Positions 37,665 to 47,692 are shown, numbered from the stretch's first letter. The stretch: 64,000 nucleotides of DNA from Gemmatimonadales bacterium (GCA_036500345.1 DASYCE010000027.1:8855-72854), one strand, 5' to 3'. Numbers and translations are program-made. Notes: a model not told the origin generated them from the letters alone.

Positions 37665-38596
37665 GCGGTCAGGCCTGACATCGCGACCGGTGCCGATTCG
37701 CGGTGAAAGAGATCTTCGAGCCGGTCGCGGCGCCGCGCGATTCGCAGCAATCCCACGCCGCCATCCGCCGCCAGATCGCGCACCAGGTCCCACGGTGGAT
37801 CGCCGTCGATCGTGATCAGGATGGCGCCGTCACTGCCCCGGCGGACCGCCAACCCGTGTTCGCCGAGGCGCTGCACAAAGCGGTCGGCGTCGCCGATCAC
37901 TTCGACCGCGAGCATCTCGGTCTCGCGGGTGAAGACGTCGATCGGCGCGGCGCGCAGCAGCCGGCCGCCGTCGATCGCGACGAGGTAATGGCACACCTGC
38001 TCGATTTCGCCGAGGAGGTGTGAGGCGAGAATCACGCTGATCCCGAATTCGTTTCCGGTGCGCTGGATCAGCTCGAGCATGTCGGTGCGGCCGGCGGGGT
38101 CGAGCCCGTTGGTCGGTTCGTCGAGGAGGAGCAACTTCGGATCGTGGACCAGTGCCTGCGCCAGCTTGACGCGTTGCTTCATCCCGGTGGAATAGCCGCC
38201 GATCGGGCGATACCGCTCGTCGTACAATCCGACATGGCGGAGCATCTCCGCGGCGCGCTCTCTCGCCGCCGCCGCCGGGAGGCCGGAAACGCGCGCCAGG
38301 TGCGTCACGAGATCAGTCGCCGTCTGATCGGGCGGAAGGCAGTCAAATTCGGGGATGTAGCCGAGGTACTGACGCAACTCCGGTCCCTGCGTCGTCGCGT
38401 CGAAGCCGAGGACGGAAAGCGATCCGCTGGTGGGACGCAGCAAGCCGAGAATGATCTTGAGGAAGGTGCTCTTCCCGGCGCCGTTGGCGCCGACGAGTCC
38501 GATCACGCCCGGCTCGACCGAGAGCGTAAGGCCGTCGAGCGCCGTCACCCCACCGGGATACCGCTTGGTCAGCTGCGTGGTGCTGAGCAGAGTCAT
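37661..38596 (-). CDS. ABC transporter ATP-binding protein
   Basis: Walker A GANGAGKST, signature YSTGMKQR, Walker B LLLLDEP. Start MTLLSTTQLTKRY at 38596. Confidence 0.9.
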   Translation of the reverse strand: MTLLSTTQLTKRYPGGVTALDGLTLSVEPGVIGLVGANGAGKSTFLKIILGLLRPTSGSLSVLGFDATTQGPELRQYLGYIPEFDCLPPDQTATDLVTHLARVSGLPAAAARERAAEMLRHVGLYDERYRPIGGYSTGMKQRVKLAQALVHDPKLLLLDEPTNGLDPAGRTDMLELIQRTGNEFGISVILASHLLGEIEQVCHYLVAIDGGRLLRAAPIDVFTRETEMLAVEVIGDADRFVQRLGEHGLAVRRGSDGAILITIDGDPPWDLVRDLAADGGVGLLRIARRRDRLEDLFHRESAPVAMSGLTA

Positions 38597-38655
38597 TGCA
38601 GCACCAGGACAACGCACCGTGATGTGAAGGGCACGTTGGTAATGTAGCGAATGGG

Positions 38656-38690
38656 AACAACAAAGGGACCGCCGGAGCGGTCCCTTGTTG
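38656..38690 (-). terminator. Rho-independent terminator downstream of the M28 peptidase gene
   Basis: On the minus strand: gggaccgc-tccg-gcggtccc (8-bp GC stem, extended by caacaa/ttgttg), followed by TTTGTTGTT. It lies 22 nt after the stop at 38712. Confidence 0.65.
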
Positions 38691-38711
38691 CAGCCATGAA
38701 ACTGTTTCGGT

Positions 38712-40694
38712 TCAGCGAACGATCAGCGTCACCATTCCGTCGGCGCTCGATTCGCCGCCACGCGTCACTTTGTAGGTAAAGGTGTCGGTGCCGACGAAGG
38801 TCGGCGACGGGGTGTAGGTGAAAGCGCCGTTGGCATCCACGACCACCGTGCCGTGAGCCGCCTTCCGGACCAGCGATGCCGTTGGCGCTTCAGCGCCGCC
38901 GCGACCGCCGCCACCGGCGAGCCCCGGCGCCCGGATCGACGCGGCGTGTGCCTTTGCGACAACTACGACGTGCGGAATCGCCGTCGGCCCCGCGGCGATC
39001 TGATTGGCGCCTCCGCGCGGCGCAGGCGTCGGAATCGCCGGCATCTTGTCGGCCGGGAAGCGCGGGACCATGTCGTCACGATCGGCGAGCGCGAGCATCG
39101 TCGCGGCGGTGATCACCGCGTTCTTCATCACGTCGTCGGGGATGATCCGTTCGTAGGTGTCGAGATTCGAATGCCAGGTGGTGGAGTTATACGCGATCGG
39201 ATCCTGGCGCGCGCCGATTCCCGGCAATCCTGCGACCGCAAACGCCCCATTGTCGCTGCCGCCTTCGACGCGCGCGCTGGACGCACCGGCGCCGTAGATC
39301 CCCCACTTTTCCCACGCCTTCAGATATGGAGCCAGCACATCGGCCGCGGCTTGCGGTCCGAAGATGGAGGCGCCCCGCACCAGGCCGGTGCCGTCATCGA
39401 TGTTCCAGTAGGCGTCGAGCTTGGCGAACTCCGGCTTGGGATTCTCGGCGGAGCCGAAATGGTTCGCGACGTAGGCGAAGGAGCCGAGAAGACCTTCCTC
39501 CTCGCCGCTCCAGAGTGCCACCCGGATCGTCCGGCGCGGCTTGGCGCCGATCGCTTCGAGAATTCGCGCCGCTTCCATCATGATGGCGCAGCCGATCGCG
39601 TTGTCGGTGGCACCCGTGGCGCTGGTCCACGAATCGAGGTGTCCGCCGAGCATCACGACTTCGTCGGCCTTGTCGGTGCCGGGGATCTCGCCGACGGTGA
39701 CATAGGACGTTTTCCCCTGCGGGTAGAACGTATTCTGGACATTGAATTCGGCGGTAACCGGCGTGCCATCCTGGATGATCCGCCAGATCCGGCCGTAGTC
39801 ATCGGTGCGAAGGATGATCGCGGGAGGCTGCGGCGTGGTGTCGTCGTAGATCTGGCCGCCACCGTTCTGTGCCACGATCTCGCCGGGAATGCGGCCACCG
39901 CCCTGCGCACGCAGGAGCAGCCCGGGCTGATTGTCGCGCGCCAGCGCCTGGATCGCCTGATTCACTTCCGCCGCCGACACCTTGCCGGCCGGCGTCGGTT
40001 CACCGCCCCGGCCACCGCGTGCGCCGCCAAACCCGTTCCCTCCGCGGCCACCGCAGGCGGCGCCGCGTCCCCCGCCGCCGCGACCACCACGCCCCGCTCC
40101 GGCGGCGTTGGGATCGCGCGGCACGAACATCTCCCTTGCGGCGCTGTCGCTGATGCGCGTCGCCGTCGGGCAGAAGTCGACCGGCACGTCGGCCGGCGGT
40201 CCCACCATCACGATGCCGCCCTTTACTCTCGGCGCCATCTTCGCGAGATACGCCGTGAGCTCTGCCGGGGTCGGATCGACCGGCGCTTCGAGCGCCACGA
40301 TCGAACCGCTGATCGGTCCCCTGGTCGACGGCGACCACGGCTGCGCTTCGAACTTGACGTTGAACTTGACGGGCGACGTCACCCAGCCGGTCATCCGTCC
40401 CGGCATCCAGCCAACACCCTTCCAGGTGAACGGTTCGAGGTGCGCGTTCTGCATCCCGAACGAGGTCATCGTCTTGACCGCCCAGTTGGCCGCGGCCACA
40501 TGGTTGGGCGAGCCGATCGGACGGGGACCATAGACGTCGGTCAGGTAATGCTCGATCCACATGATCTTCGAATGCTGCATCCCCTCGGCCTCGATCTTCG
40601 CGTTCATCGCGGTGTCGATCTTTTCGGGGCCTTGGGCGAGGAGCGTCGCGGGAATGGAGAGGGCGATCAGTGGTATCAGCGCCTTGCGTAACAT
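38712..40694 (-). CDS. Secreted M28 family metallopeptidase with PA domain and C-terminal Ig/cadherin-like domain
   Basis: Signal peptide MLRKALIPLIALSIPATLLAQ. M28 blocks GGHLDSW..GATDNAIG and WSGEEEGLLGS. C-terminus VVVDANGAFTYTPSPTFVGTDTFTYKV. Two Gly/Arg inserts are present. Confidence 0.85.
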   Translation of the reverse strand: MLRKALIPLIALSIPATLLAQGPEKIDTAMNAKIEAEGMQHSKIMWIEHYLTDVYGPRPIGSPNHVAAANWAVKTMTSFGMQNAHLEPFTWKGVGWMPGRMTGWVTSPVKFNVKFEAQPWSPSTRGPISGSIVALEAPVDPTPAELTAYLAKMAPRVKGGIVMVGPPADVPVDFCPTATRISDSAAREMFVPRDPNAAGAGRGGRGGGGRGAACGGRGGNGFGGARGGRGGEPTPAGKVSAAEVNQAIQALARDNQPGLLLRAQGGGRIPGEIVAQNGGGQIYDDTTPQPPAIILRTDDYGRIWRIIQDGTPVTAEFNVQNTFYPQGKTSYVTVGEIPGTDKADEVVMLGGHLDSWTSATGATDNAIGCAIMMEAARILEAIGAKPRRTIRVALWSGEEEGLLGSFAYVANHFGSAENPKPEFAKLDAYWNIDDGTGLVRGASIFGPQAAADVLAPYLKAWEKWGIYGAGASSARVEGGSDNGAFAVAGLPGIGARQDPIAYNSTTWHSNLDTYERIIPDDVMKNAVITAATMLALADRDDMVPRFPADKMPAIPTPAPRGGANQIAAGPTAIPHVVVVAKAHAASIRAPGLAGGGGRGGAEAPTASLVRKAAHGTVVVDANGAFTYTPSPTFVGTDTFTYKVTRGGESSADGMVTLIVR

Positions 40695-40794
40695 CGAACC
40701 AACTCCGGGTCTGGAAGAGGTGAGGAAATAGATAATGCCTCGATGTGCCAATGCCGACAAGGCGACGGGCGTTGCAATTCGACCGTTGCGCCGA

Positions 40795-42090
40795 TCACTG
40801 CTTGTAGACGACGCCGTTCTTCATCACGAACGTGACGTGCTTGAGCGTGGAGATGTCGACCGTCGGGTCGCCGTCGACCGCGATGAGATCGGCCCAGAGC
40901 CCAGGCTTTACCATCCCGATGCGATCGTCCATCTGCAGCATCTTCGCGTCGGTCGACGTCGCAGCGATGAGGGCGTCGATCGGCTTCATCCCGAACTGGA
41001 CCATGAGGATCAATTCCTTGGCGTTGTCGCCGTGGGAGAAGACGCCGACGTCGCTGCCGCTGCCGATCATCACGCCGGCCTTCATCGCCTCCTGGAACGA
41101 GGTCCGCTTCGTCTCGAGCGAGCGCGGCAGCGAATCGCCGATGTGATAGCGCCCGGCCTGCTCCAGTTGCGATTCACCGGCGGCGACCGTCGGGATGAAA
41201 TAGGTGCCGTGTTCCTTCATCAGCTTGAAGACCTCGGGCGTTCCGGCATCGCCGTGTTCGATGGTGCGCACGCCTGCGAGAATCGCACGGCGCATCCCTT
41301 CCGGTGACGTGGCGTGTGCGGCGACCGGGCGCCCGCCGGTATTGGCGACGTTGACGATCAGCTTCATCTCGTCCTCGGTGAAGCCCGGCTCCGTTTCCCC
41401 GTTGGGGCCGTACCGATAATCTGCGTAGATCTTGATCCAGTCGGCGCCGTGCTTCATCTGATCGCGCACCACGCGCGAAATCCCGTCGACGCCGTCAGCC
41501 TCCTCGGCGCCCTGCGGAATGTCGTCGGTGTACTCGGTGGCGAATCCCTTCGGGCCGTACTCGCCGGTCGACACGATCGCGCGGGTCACGACGAACATGC
41601 GCGGCCCGGGGATGATGCCCTGATTGATCGCCATCTTGAGCCCGACGTCGGCATAGCCGGCACCCTCGGTGCCGAGATCGCGGACCGTGGTGAATCCCGC
41701 CAGCAACGTCGAGTCGGCGTGAATGACGGCGCGGGCAACGCGCAACGCTTCCGGTTCGTGGAGAACCTGGTCATTCCACGACGTCTCGTTGTACGGATGC
41801 AGCATCATGTGCGAATGTGCTTCGATCAAGCCGGGAAGGAGCGTCGTATTGGGAAGGTCGATCGTCCTCGTGTCGGCGGGCGCGTTGATCTGTGCGCGCG
41901 GCCCGACGGCGACGATCTGGTTGCCGCGAACGAGGACCGCCCAGCCTTCGTGCGGCTTGCTGCTGGTGCCGTCCCAGACGCGTGCCGGCGTGAGCAGTGT
42001 GGCCGGTCCGCTCGGCGCGCCTCCCCGGCCCTGACGGCCCTGGGCGACGAGTGCGACGGGAACAAGGAGCGCGGCGAGGATCAGCTTCAT
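40795..42090 (-). CDS. Secreted amidohydrolase family protein (imidazolonepropionase/Xaa-Pro dipeptidase-like metal hydrolase)
   Basis: Start MKLILAALLVPVALVAQG. Metal-binding LIEAHSHM. Also AHATS, IEHG and GSGSDVG. The remaining 378 N-terminal residues of the 809-aa ORF-track entry run antisense to topIB and are rejected. Confidence 0.85.
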   Translation of the reverse strand: MKLILAALLVPVALVAQGRQGRGGAPSGPATLLTPARVWDGTSSKPHEGWAVLVRGNQIVAVGPRAQINAPADTRTIDLPNTTLLPGLIEAHSHMMLHPYNETSWNDQVLHEPEALRVARAVIHADSTLLAGFTTVRDLGTEGAGYADVGLKMAINQGIIPGPRMFVVTRAIVSTGEYGPKGFATEYTDDIPQGAEEADGVDGISRVVRDQMKHGADWIKIYADYRYGPNGETEPGFTEDEMKLIVNVANTGGRPVAAHATSPEGMRRAILAGVRTIEHGDAGTPEVFKLMKEHGTYFIPTVAAGESQLEQAGRYHIGDSLPRSLETKRTSFQEAMKAGVMIGSGSDVGVFSHGDNAKELILMVQFGMKPIDALIAATSTDAKMLQMDDRIGMVKPGLWADLIAVDGDPTVDISTLKHVTFVMKNGVVYKQ

Positions 42091-42267
42091 GGCGAAATCC
42101 CGAGTCAGGCGACCGAGTGTGATTGCGGTGAGTCTCGATAATGTAGCACGGGGGACGGTGGTCGTGTCGCGACGCATCGCGTGAATCGTCTCTGAGCGTA
42201 TCCGGTTCGACGTGTAACACGGGGACTTCCACTCGAGAGAGCGCATGATCGTCGTCGGGTCGGCCTG

Positions 42268-43371
42268 GTGAGGCGAGGAGCGGTGAGAAAGACGGCGCCG
42301 CGTGGCGTCGCGGCGGTCCGGCCTGTTTCCGACGCGCGTGCAGCGCAACTGCGGTACGTGGACGACAGCGGGCCCGGGATCCGTCGGTCCCGCTCGGGAC
42401 GGGGATTCTCCTACACCGCGGACGATGGAGGCGCCGTTCGTGAAGCGTCGACGCTGGCGCGCATCGGTTCGCTCGCGATTCCGCCAGCCTGGACGGCGGT
42501 GTGGATCTGTGCGACGGCGAACGGGCACCTGCAGGCGACCGGACGGGACGCGCGCGGCCGGAAACAGTATCGGTATCACCCGCGATGGCGCGTCGCCCGC
42601 GACGAGACCAAATACGAACGGATGCTCTCGTTCGGCCGGGCGCTGCCCAGGATCCGCGCAGCAGTTGCCCGGGATCTGGCGCTGCCGGGAATGCCTCGCG
42701 AACGGGTCCTGGCGACGGTCGTTCGCCTGCTCGAGGCGACGCTGGTGCGGGTCGGCAATGAGGAATACGCCCGCACCAATCATTCCTTCGGGCTGACGAC
42801 GCTGACCGATCGGCATGTGGAAGTGGATGGCAGCCGCATCCGCTTCCACTTCCGCGGAAAGAGCGGCAAGCCGCACGACATCACGATGACCGATCGGCGG
42901 CTGGCGCGCCTGGTGCATCGCTGCCGCGACCTTCCCGGGCAGCACCTCTTCCAGTATCTCGATGACCACGGCGAACCGCAGCCGATCGAGTCCGCCGACG
43001 TGAATCAGTACCTGCGAGAGATCTCGGACCACGACTTCACGGCGAAGGACTTTCGCACCTGGGCCGGTACCCTGCTCGCTGCGCAGCAACTTGACTCGTC
43101 GGACGCCGCGGCCGATCAGGATGACGCGGGCGAACGCCGTGCCACAGGGATCGGCAGCGCGATCGCCGCCGTCGCGGCGCGACTCGGCAATACTGTCGCC
43201 GTCTGCCGCAAGAGTTACATCCACCCCGCCGTGCTGCAGGCGTTCCGCGACCGCGCACTCTACGATCGCTGGGTGCGAGCGTGCCTACGGCGGACGTGCC
43301 GCGACCATCTCGACGCGGATGAAACGGCGCTGCTTCGATTCCTCGCCGCGGACCGCACCGCCGGCGACTAG
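42268..43371 (+). CDS. DNA topoisomerase IB (poxvirus-like bacterial TopIB)
   Basis: Blocks LRYVDDSGPGIRR, GRDARGRKQYRYH, RFHFRGKSGK, FTAKDFRTWAGT, and the catalytic-Tyr region AVCRKSYIHP. Confidence 0.85.
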   Translation: MRRGAVRKTAPRGVAAVRPVSDARAAQLRYVDDSGPGIRRSRSGRGFSYTADDGGAVREASTLARIGSLAIPPAWTAVWICATANGHLQATGRDARGRKQYRYHPRWRVARDETKYERMLSFGRALPRIRAAVARDLALPGMPRERVLATVVRLLEATLVRVGNEEYARTNHSFGLTTLTDRHVEVDGSRIRFHFRGKSGKPHDITMTDRRLARLVHRCRDLPGQHLFQYLDDHGEPQPIESADVNQYLREISDHDFTAKDFRTWAGTLLAAQQLDSSDAAADQDDAGERRATGIGSAIAAVAARLGNTVAVCRKSYIHPAVLQAFRDRALYDRWVRACLRRTCRDHLDADETALLRFLAADRTAGD

Positions 43372-43384
43372 ATCGGTCATCCGA

Positions 43385-45724
43385 TCAGAGCGTCGCCGTG
43401 TGCCGCGTAAGCGTGACGTCGGTCGGGACGAAAGGCTTGCTCATCAAGGTGGCGGGGCGCGGCGGCAGCGGACCGGCTGATGGCGGCGGCAGTCCATCGA
43501 CCGACGAGATGATCGTGAACCGTGCCGGCATTGGGGAATGCGCCGTGAACCAGAGATCGACACCTTCTTGCGGCACACCGAAGTAGCGCAACAACGTTCC
43601 ATCGGCCCCTCGGCGATAGGACGGTCGATACCGGGCGTCGCCGCCGTTGACGAGGACGCGGCCGTTGATCGTCATGTCGGTGATGCCCACGCTGGTATCG
43701 ACGACGATCTTGACCGACTCACCGGGAGCGTGCTGCGCGAGATGCATGTGAATCCGCCGTCCACCCGGTACCGCACTGCTCAGCACTGATCCCGGAAAGG
43801 CGGTGTCGGGCGCGACGGGCGCTCCCTCGCGCGCAAGGAGCTGGATGCCGGGCCGCGCCAACGACCAGTCATCAAAGGTGCGCCGCGTTGGGGTTGGGCC
43901 GAGGATGGGCGTGGTCCACTGGTCGGCACGACGATCAAACGACGCCCACCATTGGTGGCCGGTGGTCGCATCGTGGAGGAAGAGCAGCGAGTCCGGTTGT
44001 TTGCGCGTTGCGGTGAATCCCGAGCGCGCTTCCGCGATCACGAGTCCGCCGACGCATGCGATCGCTGCCGCGGCCACGATCCAGCTGCGCGACCTGCCGA
44101 GGAGAGCGATCGGCAGAATCAGCAGCGACATCATGAGGCCGATCAACGCCGCGCAGAAGGTGAGCAGATTGGCAGTGAGTGCCACCTCGAGCGCATGGAT
44201 CGTCGGCGGCCACAGGATCAGCGCCGGAACCGCCGCGAGCGCGATCGCTGCTGGTGGCTGACGGTTGCGTGAGCGAGCATGCAGCCAGCATGCTGCGCCG
44301 ATCATCGCGGCGGCGAGGGGCAACGCAAAGATGTACGTCGCGCCGGGAAGGAGGAATGCGGCGGCGATGCCGACGATCGCCCAGAGGAACAGGGCAACAG
44401 CGCTGAGTTCGAGCGGCGTTGCGCGTCGTTCGAACCGGCGAGCAAGCGCGATCGCGATCGTCGTGGTCCATCCCGCACACGCCAGCAGGTACCAGCGCGA
44501 ATTGTACGGATCGCCCTGCAGGATCTCGGCGTACCCCGAGTGGACGTGCAGGATTGCGCGCCACGCGATCGCCGTTGCCACCGCGGGAACGATCACGATC
44601 ATCGCAACAAGGATCGCGCCCAATCCCGTGCCACGGGCGGAGAGCGAGCCGCGGCGCACGGCGAGCGCGGCCAGGATCAGCAACCCGAGCAGTTCGACGA
44701 TGGCGATCGGCACCGCAAGCGATGCCGGATAATGGACCACACCAAGGAGCGGGGCGCTGAAGTAGATCGCGTCGTGGGTGCGCTCCGGTCCTCGATCGAT
44801 CGCCAGCTGGCGAACGAGGCCGATGGCGTAATCGCCCATCTGCTGCACGACTCGCGGATCGAGCGACGTGATATCATCGATCGGCGTGTGGTAATGCGTG
44901 AATCCGTCGATGTTGGCGAAGTTGAGTGCGCCGACCGGAAACGCCGAATCGAGCCAGATGCTCATGTCGGTGTCACTCTGCAGGTGTCGGTACACTTCGC
45001 CGGTGAGCGAGTTGGTGCGGGCATCGTCGACGCTCGTGGCGATGGCAGCGATCAGCGGCGCGTTCCCGGGTGACGTCTGGAACATGTACACCGGGCCGCG
45101 GTCGCCACGCGTGTCGAGGTTCAGCACGGTCCCGACATCCTTCGCCCACGGATGGAGATTGACGAACGCTTCCGCGCCGAGGAGCCCCTCCTCTTCGGCA
45201 TCCGAGAACAGGACGATCACGTCGCGAGGAAGCGGGGGCGAGCTCTGCATCGCACGCACCGTCTCGAGGATTGTCGCGACGCCAACGGCGTCGTCTCCGG
45301 CACCCGGGCCGCGGGGGACGGCATCGTAGTGCGCCGTGAGCAGGATCGCCGGCGCGCCGGGCGTTCCGCGAATCCGGCACACCACGTTGGCGATGGTGGC
45401 AGCAAGCGGTCCGGAGAGTGTATTGAAGCCGGTCCCCGACTGGACATGGGCGTCGCCGCATCCGAGTGCGCGCAATCGATCAACGAGATAGTCGCGGATC
45501 CGGTCATGCTGTGCTGTGCCGACGGCGTGCGGTGCCGCCGCGATCACGCGCAGATCGGCCATCGCGCGTTCGGCCGAGAACGCGGAGGGCGGTGCGGTGG
45601 CGGGGACGACGCGCGGCGATCCGGTACTGGCGAATCCTGCCCAGAGCGCTGCCGCGAGAATCGCGGCCGCGACGACTTCACCGCCTCGGCCGGCGCGCAC
45701 CGACGTCGCACGATCTTCAATCAC
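43385..45724 (-). CDS. Membrane-embedded M28 metallopeptidase (N-terminal M28 domain + ~8 TM helices + C-terminal soluble domain; ERMP1/FXNA-like architecture)
   Basis: M28 blocks LTAHYDAVPRGPGAGDDAVGVA and LFSDAEEEGLLGA. A long polytopic region follows from about residue 330. Confidence 0.8.
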   Translation of the reverse strand: MIEDRATSVRAGRGGEVVAAAILAAALWAGFASTGSPRVVPATAPPSAFSAERAMADLRVIAAAPHAVGTAQHDRIRDYLVDRLRALGCGDAHVQSGTGFNTLSGPLAATIANVVCRIRGTPGAPAILLTAHYDAVPRGPGAGDDAVGVATILETVRAMQSSPPLPRDVIVLFSDAEEEGLLGAEAFVNLHPWAKDVGTVLNLDTRGDRGPVYMFQTSPGNAPLIAAIATSVDDARTNSLTGEVYRHLQSDTDMSIWLDSAFPVGALNFANIDGFTHYHTPIDDITSLDPRVVQQMGDYAIGLVRQLAIDRGPERTHDAIYFSAPLLGVVHYPASLAVPIAIVELLGLLILAALAVRRGSLSARGTGLGAILVAMIVIVPAVATAIAWRAILHVHSGYAEILQGDPYNSRWYLLACAGWTTTIAIALARRFERRATPLELSAVALFLWAIVGIAAAFLLPGATYIFALPLAAAMIGAACWLHARSRNRQPPAAIALAAVPALILWPPTIHALEVALTANLLTFCAALIGLMMSLLILPIALLGRSRSWIVAAAAIACVGGLVIAEARSGFTATRKQPDSLLFLHDATTGHQWWASFDRRADQWTTPILGPTPTRRTFDDWSLARPGIQLLAREGAPVAPDTAFPGSVLSSAVPGGRRIHMHLAQHAPGESVKIVVDTSVGITDMTINGRVLVNGGDARYRPSYRRGADGTLLRYFGVPQEGVDLWFTAHSPMPARFTIISSVDGLPPPSAGPLPPRPATLMSKPFVPTDVTLTRHTATL

Positions 45725-45784
45725 GCAGATCGCTCCTGGTGAAGCGGTAGGAGGGAAGGTGTCGGGGCGACGCCGGAAGCGCGA

Positions 45785-45806
45785 GGGCCCGCCGATCGGC
45801 GGGCCC
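45785..45806 (-). terminator. Perfect palindromic GC hairpin downstream of the M28 gene (possible terminator, no U-tract)
   Basis: gggcccgcc-gatc-ggcgggccc: 9-bp stem, 4-nt loop, 8 nt after the stop at 45814. Confidence 0.4.
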
Positions 45807-45813
45807 GGGGACG

Positions 45814-47616
45814 CTACTGCACGCAGTCGGCGCGGGGGTCCGGCTTGCTGTGGTCGACGACCAGACGATGATCGAGATTGGCCACATGCCGGGCGAGGTC
45901 GGCCATGAAGTTCGTGACCTGCGCCATTCGCGAGTAGTCGATGTACTGCGGCTCATCGGTCAGCTGATGATAGTCGGCGTGGCCGCCGGTGGTGAAGAAG
46001 GCGATCGGGATGCCGTAGCGGGCATACTCGTAGTGATCGCTGCGGCAGTAGATCTGCTGCGGATGGTGGTCGGCGTCCATCGAGTAGTCGAAATGCAGGC
46101 CGTGCGCTCCCGACTTGTTCACCGACTCGACGAGATCGCCGAGCTCGGTGGAGAGGCGGCGCGATCCGACCACCTGCAGATAGCCGGGACCACCGTGCAA
46201 CGGCGTGCCGCTGATGCTGTTGCCGGTCTCGTCGGTGACAGCCCCGCGCCCCACCATGTCCATGTTGAGTTCGGCCACGATCGAATCGCGCGGCACGGTG
46301 GGATGATCGGTGAACCACTGCGAGCCCCACAACCCTTCTTCCTCTCCGACGTGCCAGACAAAGAGAATGGAGCGCTTCGGCTTGACCGGCTGGGCGGCGA
46401 AGTACTGCGCCAGTTCCAGGACGCTCATGCTCCCCGATCCGTCGTCATCGGCACCGTTGAAGATCGAATCGATCCGGGCAGACTTGCCGTGACTCTCGCG
46501 CCGCACCGTCGCGAGGATGGCGTTGACGTCCTGCTGCTGCACCGGATTCAGCACCGGCGGCGGATCATCGGCGCCGCCTTTGCGAAAGAGATGATCGATC
46601 AGATAGATCGAGTCGTGCGCCATCGGCTGCATGATGTCGGTCAACGGAACCGGCGCGGCCGCGCTGCCAACGGTGCCGATATGATCGTTGTGGGCGCCGA
46701 TCACGACGTATTCGCCGCGAAGCGCGGGATCACTCCCCGGCAACAATGCGATCACGTTGCGGACCGGGAGGTTGTACGCGGGGCTGCGGGTGTAGCGCAG
46801 CGCGCCGGACACCGTGCCACCCGCTGCACCGCGTTCAAGCCCGTCGAGCGCATGCCCCATCAGTCGTTCGGCGGCAGCACCGGTGACATACATGTAGATC
46901 GGCGCATCCTGGTCCCGCATTCCGGCTTGCGGGGTGTGATACGCCTGCCGCTCCGCCGGCGAAAAGGCCTCGAGCCCGACGACCGCGATGCCGGCAGCGG
47001 TCGAGAAACGACCGGTGACCTCCGGACGCGACGGAATGCCGCGCGGATTGGTCGCTCCGGTCGCCGTCGATGTGATCACCACGAATTTCCCCGCCGCCTC
47101 GGCCGCCGTGATCACCGAGTTGGAATCCGACCAGACACCGCCGTAGATCACCTGGACGCCGTTGAGCGGGCGCAATGGCGCGCCGGGATCGCGCGGGAGG
47201 AAATCGACCCAGGGAGTGAGCGCGGTGCCGGCGACGGAGATCGTGCTGGTCGAATCAAAGGTGCGCAGGTCGATCGGCACGGCGACCGGCTGGAAATAGG
47301 TGGCGTCGACACCGCCGGGGAGGAGGCCGAAGCGCTTCACTTCGCTGGCGATGTACTCGACGCCTTTGACGTTCCCGGCCGTACCGGTGCGACGACCCAT
47401 CATCGAATCCGCGGCAAATGCGAAGAGCCTGGTCCGCAGATCGGCCGGCGTGATCGCAGCGGTGGTCGGTGTCGGTGCGTGCGTGGTGGGGAGGAGGAGT
47501 GCCGCCCACGGATTGGCGGGCTGCGTCGCGGGCGTCGCTGCACGCGTCTGTGCGACGAGGCAACCGGGGAGCAGCAGGACTGCGGCCACAGCACGCACGA
47601 AATGACGAGTGGGCAT
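45814..47616 (-). CDS. Secreted M28 family metallopeptidase with PA-like insert
   Basis: Signal peptide MPTRHFVRAVAAVLLLPGCLVAQ. M28 blocks GAHNDHIG, GADDDGSG, WHVGEEEGLWGS and DHH. Confidence 0.85.
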   Translation of the reverse strand: MPTRHFVRAVAAVLLLPGCLVAQTRAATPATQPANPWAALLLPTTHAPTPTTAAITPADLRTRLFAFAADSMMGRRTGTAGNVKGVEYIASEVKRFGLLPGGVDATYFQPVAVPIDLRTFDSTSTISVAGTALTPWVDFLPRDPGAPLRPLNGVQVIYGGVWSDSNSVITAAEAAGKFVVITSTATGATNPRGIPSRPEVTGRFSTAAGIAVVGLEAFSPAERQAYHTPQAGMRDQDAPIYMYVTGAAAERLMGHALDGLERGAAGGTVSGALRYTRSPAYNLPVRNVIALLPGSDPALRGEYVVIGAHNDHIGTVGSAAAPVPLTDIMQPMAHDSIYLIDHLFRKGGADDPPPVLNPVQQQDVNAILATVRRESHGKSARIDSIFNGADDDGSGSMSVLELAQYFAAQPVKPKRSILFVWHVGEEEGLWGSQWFTDHPTVPRDSIVAELNMDMVGRGAVTDETGNSISGTPLHGGPGYLQVVGSRRLSTELGDLVESVNKSGAHGLHFDYSMDADHHPQQIYCRSDHYEYARYGIPIAFFTTGGHADYHQLTDEPQYIDYSRMAQVTNFMADLARHVANLDHRLVVDHSKPDPRADCVQ

Positions 47617-47647
47617 CGACGATCTCCTCGCAGGGTACGACGTGGAC

Positions 47648-47692
47648 GGCAGCAGGATACGCTGCCGGGGCCCGACGATCGCCGAGCCCCGG
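47648..47692 (-). terminator. Tandem GC hairpins after the last gene of the cox-act cluster (candidate terminator)
   Basis: ccggggc-N14-gccccgg (47665-47692) and ggcagc-N7-gctgcc (47648-47666). They lie 32 nt downstream of the stop at 47724. No U-tract. Confidence 0.3.

Noticed and set aside
40000-40105. GGC/CGC-rich simple-sequence runs (also 22690-22760, 30128-30200, 32084-32192), considered as CRISPR, tandem-repeat or non-coding repeat elements
   Set aside because: They are in frame within well-supported CDSs and encode Gly/Arg tracts. They show no repeat-spacer periodicity. They are reported instead as a protein-level finding.
38853-40691. 612-aa plus-strand ORF, plus similar long ORFs at 45850-47739, 12725-14170, 14142-15407, 19369-20682, 23736-24977, 26382-27704, 27527-28666 and 57119-58501
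   Set aside because: All are antisense to genes with clear catalytic motifs. Their translations are dominated by R, G, A, D, H and P and lack any recognisable domain.
42091-43224. N-terminal 378 residues of the 809-aa ORF 40795-43224
   Set aside because: This part runs antisense to topIB and has junk composition. The amidohydrolase has a clean signal peptide starting at ATG 42090.
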